DNA of 62,539 nt, filler included, from Chrysochromulina tobinii (taxonomy: Eukaryota): the NCBI GenBank assembly GCA_001275005.1. It is 7 parts of 7 records of this genome, joined end to end, with 100 filler letters (N's around TTAATTAATTAA, not from the genome) between each part and the next. Parts side by side here need not be neighbours in the genome. Positions count along the whole stretch, not along the records: positions 1 to 9,640 come from JWZX01000954.1; 6 more parts are not named here. The stretch is one strand, 5' to 3'. The notes under the pieces are model-generated. The model was not told the origin of the DNA and searched no databases. It was given only the letters and a program-made list of their open reading frames with translations. Within the stretch, counting starts at the first letter, position 1, and each line of letters starts with the position of its first letter. Of the stretch, positions 1 to 9,740 are shown one piece after another. Both the position numbers and the translations under genes were made by a program.

Positions 1-1417
1 CCCCACCAACAAGGACGCCATCCGAGAGGCGGGCGCCATCCCACCGCTCGTGGCGTTGCTGCGTGCGGGCGCTGAGTCGATGGCGGCGCTGAAAGCGGCA
101 GGCGCGCTGCAGAACCTCGCCAACAACAACCCCACCAACCGGGACGCCATCCGAGAGGCGGGCGCCATCCCACTGCTCGTGGCGTTGCTGCGTGCGGGCG
201 CTGAGTCAGCGGCGGCGGAGGTTGCGGCAGGCGCGCTGCAGAGCCTCGCCGCCAGCAACCCCACCAACAAGGACGCCATCCGAGAGGCGGGCGCCATCCC
301 ACCGCTCGTGGCGTTGCTGCGTGCGGGCGCTGAGTCGATGGCGGCGGAGTATGCGGCAGGCGCGCTGCTGAACCTCGCCGCCGACAACCCCACCACCCGG
401 GACGCCATCCGAGAGGCGGGCGCCATCCCACCGCTCGTGGCGTTGCTGCGTGCGGGCGCCGAGTCGATGGCGGCGCGGAAGGCGGCAGGCGCGCTGTGGA
501 ACCTCACCACCAACAACCATACAAACCGGGACGCCATCCGAGAGGCGGGCGCCATCCCACCGCTCGTGGCGTTGCTGCGTGCGGGCGCCGAGTCGACGGC
601 GGCGCGGAATGCGGCACGCGCGCTGCAGAACCTCGCCGCTGACAACCCCACCAACCAGGACGCCATTGTAGCTTCTTTCGCTGGCGCCGTCGTGCCTCTT
701 GATACATTCCCTGAGTTGCAGCGCACGCTGCTGCGAGTGGCACTTGCGCGGCTACATCGCGCCGAGGCCGGTGAGGATGCTGCTGCACTGGAGGCGGCGC
801 TGGCGGCGGCGACGGCCGTCGGTGCGGCGGACGAGGCAGCGACGGCGCGCGTGCGCTCGAGGCTCGATGAGCAGCGGGCGGCGGCGACCCAGCGCGCGCG
901 GCGTGAGTCGGTCGGGCTGAACGTGCCGCTGCCTGCCGACTTCACGTGCCCGATCACCTTCGACAAGATGAAGGACCCAGTCGTCGCATCCGATGGCCAT
1001 TCCTACGAGCGCAGCGCGATTGAGGAGATCCTCCGCGGCCCACACCCGCTCAGCCCGCTCACGCGCGAGACGCTCGGTACGGCGCTGGTGCCAAACCTCA
1101 ACCTGCGGCGGCGCATCGAGGACCACGAGGCAGAGCTCGATCGGATGGCCGAGCAGGTGGCGGCGCGCATGGCCTCCGCCGTCGCTGAGGCGGAATCGGC
1201 GTCCCAGGCAATCTCCCAGGCGGAGATTGAGGCGTTACGTGAGCAGCTTGCCGATGCCAAGAAGCGCGCCCGAACGGAGGGCGAGGATCCACCCGTGATG
1301 GGCGCTGTGATGGGCGCTGTGATGGGCGAGGATCCACCCGCACCCAAGCGGCGAGCGCCATCACGGCGCTCCGCAGCGGGAAGTGGCGCCGGAGGGAGCG
1401 CAGCGCCATACCCATAG
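1..1417 (+). CDS. Armadillo-repeat protein with C-terminal U-box (5'-truncated)
   Basis: Five or more near-identical 42-aa/126-bp ARM repeats (DAIREAGAIPPLVALLRAGAES..AAGAL.NLA). U-box FTCPITFDKMKDPVVASDGHSYERSAIEE...SPLTRE...LVPNLNLR at about 935-1110. Confidence 0.85.
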   Translation, partial: PTNKDAIREAGAIPPLVALLRAGAESMAALKAAGALQNLANNNPTNRDAIREAGAIPLLVALLRAGAESAAAEVAAGALQSLAASNPTNKDAIREAGAIPPLVALLRAGAESMAAEYAAGALLNLAADNPTTRDAIREAGAIPPLVALLRAGAESMAARKAAGALWNLTTNNHTNRDAIREAGAIPPLVALLRAGAESTAARNAARALQNLAADNPTNQDAIVASFAGAVVPLDTFPELQRTLLRVALARLHRAEAGEDAAALEAALAAATAVGAADEAATARVRSRLDEQRAAATQRARRESVGLNVPLPADFTCPITFDKMKDPVVASDGHSYERSAIEEILRGPHPLSPLTRETLGTALVPNLNLRRRIEDHEAELDRMAEQVAARMASAVAEAESASQAISQAEIEALREQLADAKKRARTEGEDPPVMGAVMGAVMGEDPPAPKRRAPSRRSAAGSGAGGSAAPYP

Positions 1418-1810
1418 GCGCGTCCTTGTCGTTCTCGCTGAGAGTCCGAGTCAGCAGAACTCCGGACACGTACTGCGCTGAGTGTGCAGACTAGTGCGAG
1501 AGTTGCGGAAGCGAAGCAGGCCCAACGAACATGTTTCGAGCATGGTTTCGAGTTCGAGTACAGATGAAGTGTGTCCATCGTGTCGTCCAGTTGTGTACCG
1601 TACACAGTCATGTACACAGTAAACTGTATCGCTATCCGATCGGCTATCGCGTCCTAATAAATCTTTTATAATTTTTCGCAGTACATCGCATACAAGTAAT
1701 CGCTGAAGAACAAGCCCGGTCACGAACATCGTCCCGCCGATTACAAATAAACTCCACTCTGCCGACAGTATGGTGTGTAGTAGCTAGAGTATTAGGCTCC
1801 TAGACAAATC

Positions 1811-4800
1811 CTAGACACTGCGAGCCTCCATGCCGGCGGCGCGCCGTCGCGTGCGCAGCCTCCGTCGGCCTCGGACCGCCAGCAGCGCGCTCGCACCCAG
1901 CCCGAGCGCCATGCCGAGCGCGAGCAGCTGCCCCGTCGATGCACTCGAAGGCGGCTGCCCGCGCCACGTCACCACCCACGTAACCACCACGCCTCCAAGG
2001 CTGGCCAGCTGCTCGGGCGCCGTCACGGGCGCGTCCGCATGCGTCCAGACGGGTGGTGGCACGAGGGGCAGTGTGCACTCAAGGCCGGTGACGACGCAAG
2101 CCCGCTGCAAAGCCCACACGCGTGACTGAGAGTGGAACGCGCCGAGTTGGGCCGCTGTGAGCGATGGTGCGCCTGCATCGGCGGCGCCACCACTGCTCAG
2201 TGCGCGGTCGGCAAAGGCATGCGTGAGCCGCTCCGCGTGACGAAACACCAAAGGGAGCGCCCGGGTGCCCACCACAGCGCTCGACAACGCCGACGCTCTT
2301 CCTAATATGGTAGCTCTTCTGGTCGATGCGGTGGCGGTGGCGGGGGAGGAGCTGGTGGAGGCGGTGGCGGTCGCGGTGGCCGCCGCCGCCGCCGACGACG
2401 ACGACGAGTCGTCTAGGCGGAGCGCTGCCCTGAGCACCTCGGTGAGCACGAAACGGCACTCGGCCGCCTCAGCCACAACAGCCTTCGCCTTCGCCGCCGC
2501 GCCTGCGCCGATGGCCGAGCGCGTCGCGCCGTCCTGGGCGTCATCGTCGAGGCAGCTGGAGTCGCCCAAGACAAGAATGAAGCCACTCGCGGTGTGAATG
2601 TGAACGAAGCCACCACTCGCGTCGTCGCGGCGAGGCGAGGGAAGGTAGCCGATCACGGGCACCCGCTCAATCGCTGCGCCGCTCGACAGAAACGGCCACA
2701 TGGCCGCGCTCCCCTCAAGATCGGAGCCATGTGGCGCGCCGTACTGGGCATTCTCATCGAGATCGGAGCCACGTGGCGCGCCGTACTGGGCATTCTCATC
2801 GAGATCGGAGCCACGTGGCGCGCCGTCCTGGGCGCTCCCATCGAGATCGGAGCCACGTGGCGCGCCTTGCAAGGTCTGCCGTTGAGGCCGTCGGCTCGAA
2901 GCAGCCCACTGCCGACGCTGCTTGAGCGCCGTCTTGAGCGCCGCCGCTGAGGCGGGTCTCGCCTGCTGATGCGCCTGCTGCTGCTGCGGCTGCTGCTGCG
3001 GCGGCGCCTCTTCATGCTGCTCAGCCTCTCCTACCGGTATGATCGCCGCCGAAGGCACCCGCAGAAGCTCCGCGGAGATGACGAGTGCACCTGATGAGTG
3101 GAGCAATCAGACGCAATCAGACGCAATCAGACGCAATCAGACGCCGCCACCCGCAGGTGCTCCGCGGAGATGACGAGTGTACCTGATGAGTGGAGCAATC
3201 AGACGCAATCAGACGCAATCAGACGCCGCCACCCGCAGGTGCTCCGCGGAGATGATGAGTGTACCGGCGGGCGCACGCGCAAGGGCAGTGCCCGATCGGA
3301 ACGCAAACCCACGGCCGTTGAGAGCCACGCGGCCTGAGTACGCCCTTGCATGCAATTCGAACCCAAATTGGGAAAGAAGCTCATTGAGCATCGGGACGTT
3401 GGACCCGCCCATGCCGCAAGGGTGGTCGGTGTGGGCGAGCTCGTCGCGGTAGTACAGCTGGTTCATCAGGGCGACGTCGTACCTGGGGAGGAGCGAAGGG
3501 TGTTGGCAAGCCATCAGAGGCCATCAGGGGCCATCAGAGGCCATCCGATGCAATCAGAGGCAATCAGAGGCAATCAGGAGCCATCAGAGGTCATGAGACA
3601 CAAACTCACCAGTCCGCTGCAACGACGATCCCCAGCCCACGCTCGTGCACATCGCGCGTCAGCTTGGCCACCTCGTGGGGCATCCAGGGCTCCTCTGGAT
3701 CAAGCAGCAGCAGAGCTCCATACTCGGCCGCGTCGAACGAGGACACGTCACCTGATGAGGTCATCAGAGGTCATCAGAGGTCATCAGAGGTCATCAGAGG
3801 TCATCAGAGGCAATCAGAGGTCATCAGAGGTCATCAGAGGACACGTCACCTGAGAGCGTCTCCACATAGAAGCCTGCCGCACGCAGCGCCGTCGTGAGCG
3901 CGCGCAGGTTCGTGTGCGGGTGGTCGCCGCGGACGTCCATCAGATCGATTGCATGCGCCTCGAGCTCGTCCGTTGGGAAGAAGCCGTTGGGGTAGCTCGT
4001 GCTGTGGAAGAGGTCCAGGAGGAGCCGACGGTGACGTGGCGGGGTTCGTCGAATGCGCACACGTAACGGTACGCGCACGGAGCGCGTGGTGGGCGCCGCG
4101 GTGGGCGCCGTGGTGGGCGCCGTGGTGGGCGCCGCCCCGTAGAACTCGGCCTCTGACGAAACTTCGATGAGGATCTCGCCCGTGACGACGCCTTCCCACT
4201 CGCGCCGTGTAAGGCGCACGGCCAGAGCGACGCCCACGAAGCCAACGCCCGCGTCCAAACTGGGAGACCACGCGAACGACACGTCGAGCACGTCCGCGAT
4301 CTCGTCGTCCGAGATCTCGTCGTCCGCAATCTCGTCGTCCGAGATCTCGTCGTCCGTGAGCTCCGCCGCCGTCGTCGTCGCCGTCGCCTCAGCGCCAGCG
4401 GCAGTGGCGGCGGCGGCCGCGCTCGCGGCGGCGCTCGGTCGGGCGCCCAACACGGCGCGGAGCGGGCGCCACGTGGGTCGCCGCACGTGGCGCGCGCCGT
4501 GTTGGGCACCCGACTCGAGGAGCGTCAGGTTGAACAGGAGAGGTCGAGCGCCCGCGTAGAGCGGCGCGTCGCAATGGGGCTCCATGTAGGGGCAGTCGAG
4601 CAGGTCGAGGGTCGGCGGCAGTGTGGAGAGGTGCGGATGGAACGAGGCCATGGCTGCATGCAAGGCATGCGGGCGTAACGCACCGCCCCCCTGCTCCAAA
4701 TGGGAAGCATGCAATCGCTTAGAGGAGGCATGCAAGGCATGCGGGCATAACGGGCGAGCGCACCTGCTCCAAATAGGAGGCGCCGCGCAATCGCTCAGAG

Positions 4801-6284
4801 GAGGCATGCAAGACCTGCTTGAGCGCAACGGGCGAGCGCAGCACGGCACGCTGCGCGGGCGGCAGCGAGGACAGGAGCAGCGCGAGCACGCCCACGACGA
4901 CGGGGCAGGCGACCGAGGTACCCCACTGATATTGGCAGCCGCCGGGCGGGAAGCTGCGCGCTGCCCAGAATTCCCCAAGGGCCGCCACGTCGACGCCCAT
5001 TCGGCCAGCCCCATGCGGAAGTTCCCACAGCGTCGGACCGCGCGAGGCATATGGGGCGAGCTTGCGGCCCGAGGGGAGCAGTGCACTCACGCCAATGACG
5101 AGCGCATCATCGGCCGGGTTGAGGAGAGAGCCCCAGCCGGGGCCGCTGTTGCCCACACCAGAGACGATGGTGATGCCAGCTCGCGCGAGCTCGCGCACCT
5201 GATGAGGCATGCAATCAGCATGCAATCAGCATGAAATCAGCATGCAATCAGCATGCAATCAGCATGGGGATGCCAGCTCGCGCGAGCTCGCGCACCTGAT
5301 GGCGCGAACGGGGCGTGGGTAGGGGGCGAACGGGGCGTGGGCAGGCTTGGGGCTGTGGAAGGTGAGGGAGGAGTCCCTAATAAGGAAGGGCAGGCTTGGG
5401 GGCTGTGGCACGCCAGCCCAGATCGAATCTCGTGTCGAGAAGATGTGAGAGCTCATTCACACCTTGGCTGCGAACGGCGCGTCACGGAAGTCGGGGCCGC
5501 CGACGGCGAGGTTGACGAGGTCAAAGCGCCGGTGGAGCGCAAAGTTGAAGCCCTCGAGGAACCAGGCGGTCGTCGAGCGCTGCGTCGAGTCGAAGACGCG
5601 CACGATCGTGAGCTCCGCTCCCGGCGCGAAGCCCGCACACTCCGCATGCGATCCGATCGTTCCCGTCATAAAGGTCGAGTGGCCGACACGGTCGTCGGTG
5701 GTGCGCTCGCCGGTGAAGTCGACCATCTCGACTACGTGGCTCGCAAACGGATGGTGCCCATTGAGGCCCGTGTCAAAGATCGCGACGCGCACCCCATGGC
5801 CCGTTGCACCCTGCCGCCACCAGTGCGATGCGTTCAGCGAATTCGTCACGTAGTCGCGGGGCATCCTCCTGGGCCGCTGCTGGCGGCGGCCTGATGTGAG
5901 AGGCCGACGGTATGTGAACCGACGCTCCAGGCCTGCGGAGCTCACCCAGGGGTGCCGCAGCAGCGCACGCCGGGCCCTCGCGGCCTCGGCCGAGCTGGCG
6001 ACGTGGAGCGTCACGACGTCCGTCGGCCAATCTGCGCCCTCCAATCGGCGGCCGATGCGGCCCACACGAGGCAGCAGCCGCCGGCGCAGCGCAAGGCGCG
6101 TCAATGCAGCGTGCTCGGCATGCTGGGCGAGCCGTCGAGCGTGTACAACGACTTGAACTTGGTCTCGCACGCGCGTCGCGCCTGCTGCGCCTGGGCCACA
6201 TACGAGGGCGAGACCAGCTGCGAAGACGAATGGCAAGGTCGGCCGCATTGTGAAGTGCTCGAGCGCCGTGAGAGGTGTGATCAT
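1811..6284 (-). CDS. MBTPS1: Site-1 protease / SKI-1-like subtilase, 6 exons (about 5463-6284, 4764-5198, 3850-4690, 3610-3751, 3265-3482, 1811-3090)
   Basis: Catalytic motifs FDTG, GHSTF and GTSVACPVV. S1P-like segments SRGPTLWELPHG.GR, TPPR.RRLLLDLFHS..YP, GDHPHTN and ADWY. Signal peptide and C-terminal TM plus basic tail. GT-AG introns restore the frame. Confidence 0.85.
2710..2866 (-). repeat. 42-bp in-frame tandem repeat (GAPRGSDLDENAQY, about 4 copies) inside the S1P last exon
   Basis: Directly visible unit gatcggagccacgtggcgcgccgtactgggcattctcatcga. Confidence 0.85.
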
Positions 6285-6316
6285 GAATACAAGCTTTTAA
6301 TTAGTGTGCGAGAGTT

Positions 6317-7747
6317 GTGTGTACACGTGGGTATGAGGAAAGGCTCGGTGGTCCGAAGCGCCTCTCTTTCACCGTGAATTCACAGGTATCGGAGCGGCCG
6401 GGCACAATTCTCCACAACTCTCCGTCTGACTCCTCTTGGCGGCCGCCGCTCTTGCCCCCGTTCGGTCTCCTCGCCCTGCAAGTCGGCTTCCTCGCCGACC
6501 CCATGAATGGCGCCATGAATGAACCCTTGTCGCCCGTCGTGCCCTTCCCCGCGCGCTCGGCCTCCTCGTACTGCACGGAACAAGACGGCTGCGCATCCAT
6601 CGGCGAGAATGTGGTGGCGCTCAATGCCTTCTCAACCACCAGCTACTATGTGAAGCTGGACGGCAGCCTCAAGCCGTGCTCATCATCGTACAGCGCGTGC
6701 AACTTCAGCGACGTGCAAGAGTACACCGAGCAGGAGGCGACGACGACGGGGGCCGTTGCGCAGCCGCTCATCTTCTCCAACTCGGGCGACATGACGAAAG
6801 CCTTTCGCGCGCTGATGGCGGGGCCGGGCGTGAACGCGAGCGCAGCGTACCTGCTGGCGGAGACGACGCGCTACCGCTTCTCGAGGATCCAGTTCGACCT
6901 CGAGCCATCGTGCTGGGCACCGAATGCGTCCGCGTGCCAGTGGCCCACGCGCGCCGATGCGCTCAACTACGTGGCACTCATCAACGCGACGGCGGAGGCG
7001 CTCGCGTCCGTTGGCGCCGACTGTTCGGTCGCGGTCGGCAACTACCCGCAGTCGCAGTGCACGTCTCCGCAGTACGCGCAGTGCACGAGCGTGCCTGATC
7101 GCACGTACTCGGACCAGTGCGAGGCGGGCGCGTGGAACGTCGACGTGTGCAACTGCTGCGCGTATATCCACTTCTATGCCCTGAGGGAGCTGTGCGCGAG
7201 CCAGGCGGCGCAGATCGTCAACATGGACACTTACCAGAGCTACCCGACCAATTTCAGCATATTCAACGCGTCCATCGAGTGGTACACGTCCCACGGGTGC
7301 TCCCCACAGCGCCTGTCCCTCGGTCTTCTGTCGGATCAGATCAACGCGAGCGAGGACGCGGTCGAGCTGCTCGCCGCCGTGAGCGCAGCGGACGTGGCCC
7401 ATGTCGATATCTGGGCGAACCTGTGGGCACAGCCGATGCTGATGGAGGCGTGGAGGGAGCCGCTCGCGGGCTTTGTAGAGGGCGCGCCGCCGCCGCCTCC
7501 CGGTACCGAGTGTCGCTTGGGCCTGCCGTGCTGGGTGCTCCTCTCCCTCTTGGGAGCCGTGCTCGGTCTGGCGGCGCTGCTGCTGCTAGGGCTGGGCGTG
7601 CGGCGGCTTGCGCTCAAGCGCCGTACTGAGCGCCGACGCGAGCTGAGTGAGGTTCTGATCGGGTCGATGGAGAACTCGGAGCCGATCCTGGCGGACGGCG
7701 GCTCGTCGTCGAATCGGAACTCCGCGTTGAATCGGCACTCCGCGTGA
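6317..7747 (+). CDS. Cys-rich single-pass membrane protein, possibly GH18/TIM-barrel-like; start uncertain (first ATG 6504)
   Basis: Long GC3-biased ORF. RIQFDLEP and IVNMDTY resemble GH18 strand motifs. Many N-x-S/T sites. C-terminal TM helix followed by basic residues. Confidence 0.45.
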   Translation: MCTRGYEERLGGPKRLSFTVNSQVSERPGTILHNSPSDSSWRPPLLPPFGLLALQVGFLADPMNGAMNEPLSPVVPFPARSASSYCTEQDGCASIGENVVALNAFSTTSYYVKLDGSLKPCSSSYSACNFSDVQEYTEQEATTTGAVAQPLIFSNSGDMTKAFRALMAGPGVNASAAYLLAETTRYRFSRIQFDLEPSCWAPNASACQWPTRADALNYVALINATAEALASVGADCSVAVGNYPQSQCTSPQYAQCTSVPDRTYSDQCEAGAWNVDVCNCCAYIHFYALRELCASQAAQIVNMDTYQSYPTNFSIFNASIEWYTSHGCSPQRLSLGLLSDQINASEDAVELLAAVSAADVAHVDIWANLWAQPMLMEAWREPLAGFVEGAPPPPPGTECRLGLPCWVLLSLLGAVLGLAALLLLGLGVRRLALKRRTERRRELSEVLIGSMENSEPILADGGSSSNRNSALNRHSA

Positions 7748-7999
7748 AGCAGATCGAACACGAACAGGAGTGCGTGCAGGGGGAGAGCACGCATGAGCTG
7801 CGCTACAGGTGTCAGGTCCGACGGACCGCAGGGCGGAGCCGGGACAGACGCCAGCCCTCAGGGTCCACTGCAGAGCGCGGAAGGCGGAACCGCGAGACCC
7901 GCTTAGAGGCCGATCAAGCTTTTCAAGTTACAAAGTATTCACACCAAACCCCCAAAGTCGCTTCGCAGGTGTGTGTGGCGACTTTGCTTGCGTGATCCG

Positions 8000-8566
8000 A
8001 TGCGCGCGCACCTTCTCCTGGCGCTCGTCGCGCTCGTTCGCGGCTCCGACCTGCATCGATACGTGCAGCAGGACGCTTTCGATACGCTGGAGAAGGAGCT
8101 CGTGTACCGGCCACCTAATGCGCTCAACGCGATCGAAACTGAGACTGGCCAGACGCCATTGATGATGGCGGTTCTGATGGGCAAGACCCAGACCGTGAAG
8201 CTGCTCCTCAAAGCAGGCGCGGATACCACCATCGGCGAGAAGGATGGGTACACGCCGTGCCACGGTGCAGCCTTTCAGGGTCGGCCTGAAGTCATGAAGA
8301 TGCTCCTCGAGCACGGACTGCCCTGCACGACTGATCGGCACAAGGATGGGTACACGCCGCTGCACCGCGCGTGCTGGGGACGCGCCGAGGGGCACACCGA
8401 AACCGTGCGTGTGCTGCTGAAGGCGGGCGCACCAGCCGACCAGATGAGCGACAAAGGCGAGCTGCCCGTTGACTTGACGCCCAACGCAAACACTAAGAAG
8501 CTCATCAAGCATCGACTGCAGAAGATCGCCAATGTCAAGATATCGATGGACAAGGACGAGATGTAG
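8000..8566 (+). CDS. Secretory-pathway ankyrin-repeat protein
   Basis: Signal peptide MRAHLLLALVALVRG. Three ankyrin repeats (GQTPLMMA, GYTPCHGA, GYTPLHRA). C-terminal KDEM, similar to KDEL. Confidence 0.85.
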   Translation: MRAHLLLALVALVRGSDLHRYVQQDAFDTLEKELVYRPPNALNAIETETGQTPLMMAVLMGKTQTVKLLLKAGADTTIGEKDGYTPCHGAAFQGRPEVMKMLLEHGLPCTTDRHKDGYTPLHRACWGRAEGHTETVRVLLKAGAPADQMSDKGELPVDLTPNANTKKLIKHRLQKIANVKISMDKDEM

Positions 8567-9216
8567 CCGTTGTCAATCCATGGCCATGCCAACGACCATA
8601 TTGAAGGCAGGGACGTCGTTGTCGCACGGATATTGCCGATTCCCTTATCTTCTCCAGCCACATCAGTACAGTGCACCAATGACGTGGGAGGTCGACGTCA
8701 CGCCGACGTCTGATTTACACTCAGCAATTCCCCAGTGCCAGTCCGAGGTGGCAGCACTCGATTCATTTGCCCTGATGTTTCCGCGCACCGTGTCCCTGTG
8801 GGGCCCCGTCGCGCGTCGGTCACACCTGTCCGCGCCATGCGGGATAGCGGCCCTCGTGCTTGGGGGTTCGTAAGGCTGGGGGCTCGGAGACTTGCGCGTG
8901 GTGTCGAACAGTACCAGCAGCAGACGCGTTGTGTTGAACAGAAAAGTTGCAGCACGCCTTGAAAATACTTGTACTTGACGGGCACCAAAACAATAGTCGA
9001 CGCCGCCTCATTGCGCCGCCTCCCTCTCCTGCCCGCGACGCTGTGCTCGCCGTCGCGATCTGATCAACCGCGAAACCCCAAGCAGATTGTATCAGAACTT
9101 CATGAAGGTTTGGCAAGCAAGATATCGGCCCCTTTGTCCCTCGAGCTCCAACTTGACTTGACTTGACTTGACTTGATTTGTAATTCCGAGCGCGCCCTCG
9201 ACCGCGCGCGGGGGAC

Positions 9217-9640
9217 ATGCTGGAGCTCATCGACGCATTCACAAACGACCTGATCCGCGACCCGGTGCTCGCGGCCGATGGCCACGTCTACGATCGCTCC
9301 TCGCTCCTCAAGTACTTTGCCGCCCGCAAGTCCGAAGGATGGCCGATCGTCTCGCCTCAGGACCCGGAGCAGCCCATGCGAGAGGAGTTGGGCGAGGCGC
9401 CGGCCGACGTGGTTGCGGCGCTGGCGCAGCTGCGCGCGGACGGCGAGCTGATGAGAAGGGCGCGCCAGGCACGATCCGCCACCTTCAAGAGCCTCGAGGC
9501 CCTCAAGGTGGTGTTCGATGTGCTGGACCCCCTGTCGGAGCTGCTGGCTGCGACGCTGGAGGGTTGGAGGACGCCGGTGGTGATCGTGTTCGGCCAGGAG
9601 ACGAGCGGCAAGTCGTCGCTGCTCGAGCGGCTCGCGATGA
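9217..9640 (+). CDS. U-box fused to a dynamin-like GTPase (3'-truncated at contig end)
   Basis: U-box-like LIRDPVLAADGHVYDRSSL...SP, then PVVIVFGQETSGKSSLLERL, which matches the dynamin-family G1 context. Confidence 0.65.
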
Positions 9641-9740
9641 NNNNNNNNNNNNNNNNNNNNNNNNNNNNNNNNNNNNNNNNNNNNTTAATTAATTAANNNN
9701 NNNNNNNNNNNNNNNNNNNNNNNNNNNNNNNNNNNNNNNN
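9641..9740. other. Artificial contig linker (also at 19373-19472, 38645-38744, 42335-42434, 49898-49997, 56369-56468)
   Basis: Identical 100-bp spacer N44-TTAATTAATTAA-N44 with stops in all six frames. Confidence 0.97.

Noticed and set aside
9685..9696. TTAATTAATTAA palindrome occurring six times
   Set aside because: Synthetic six-frame stop linker.
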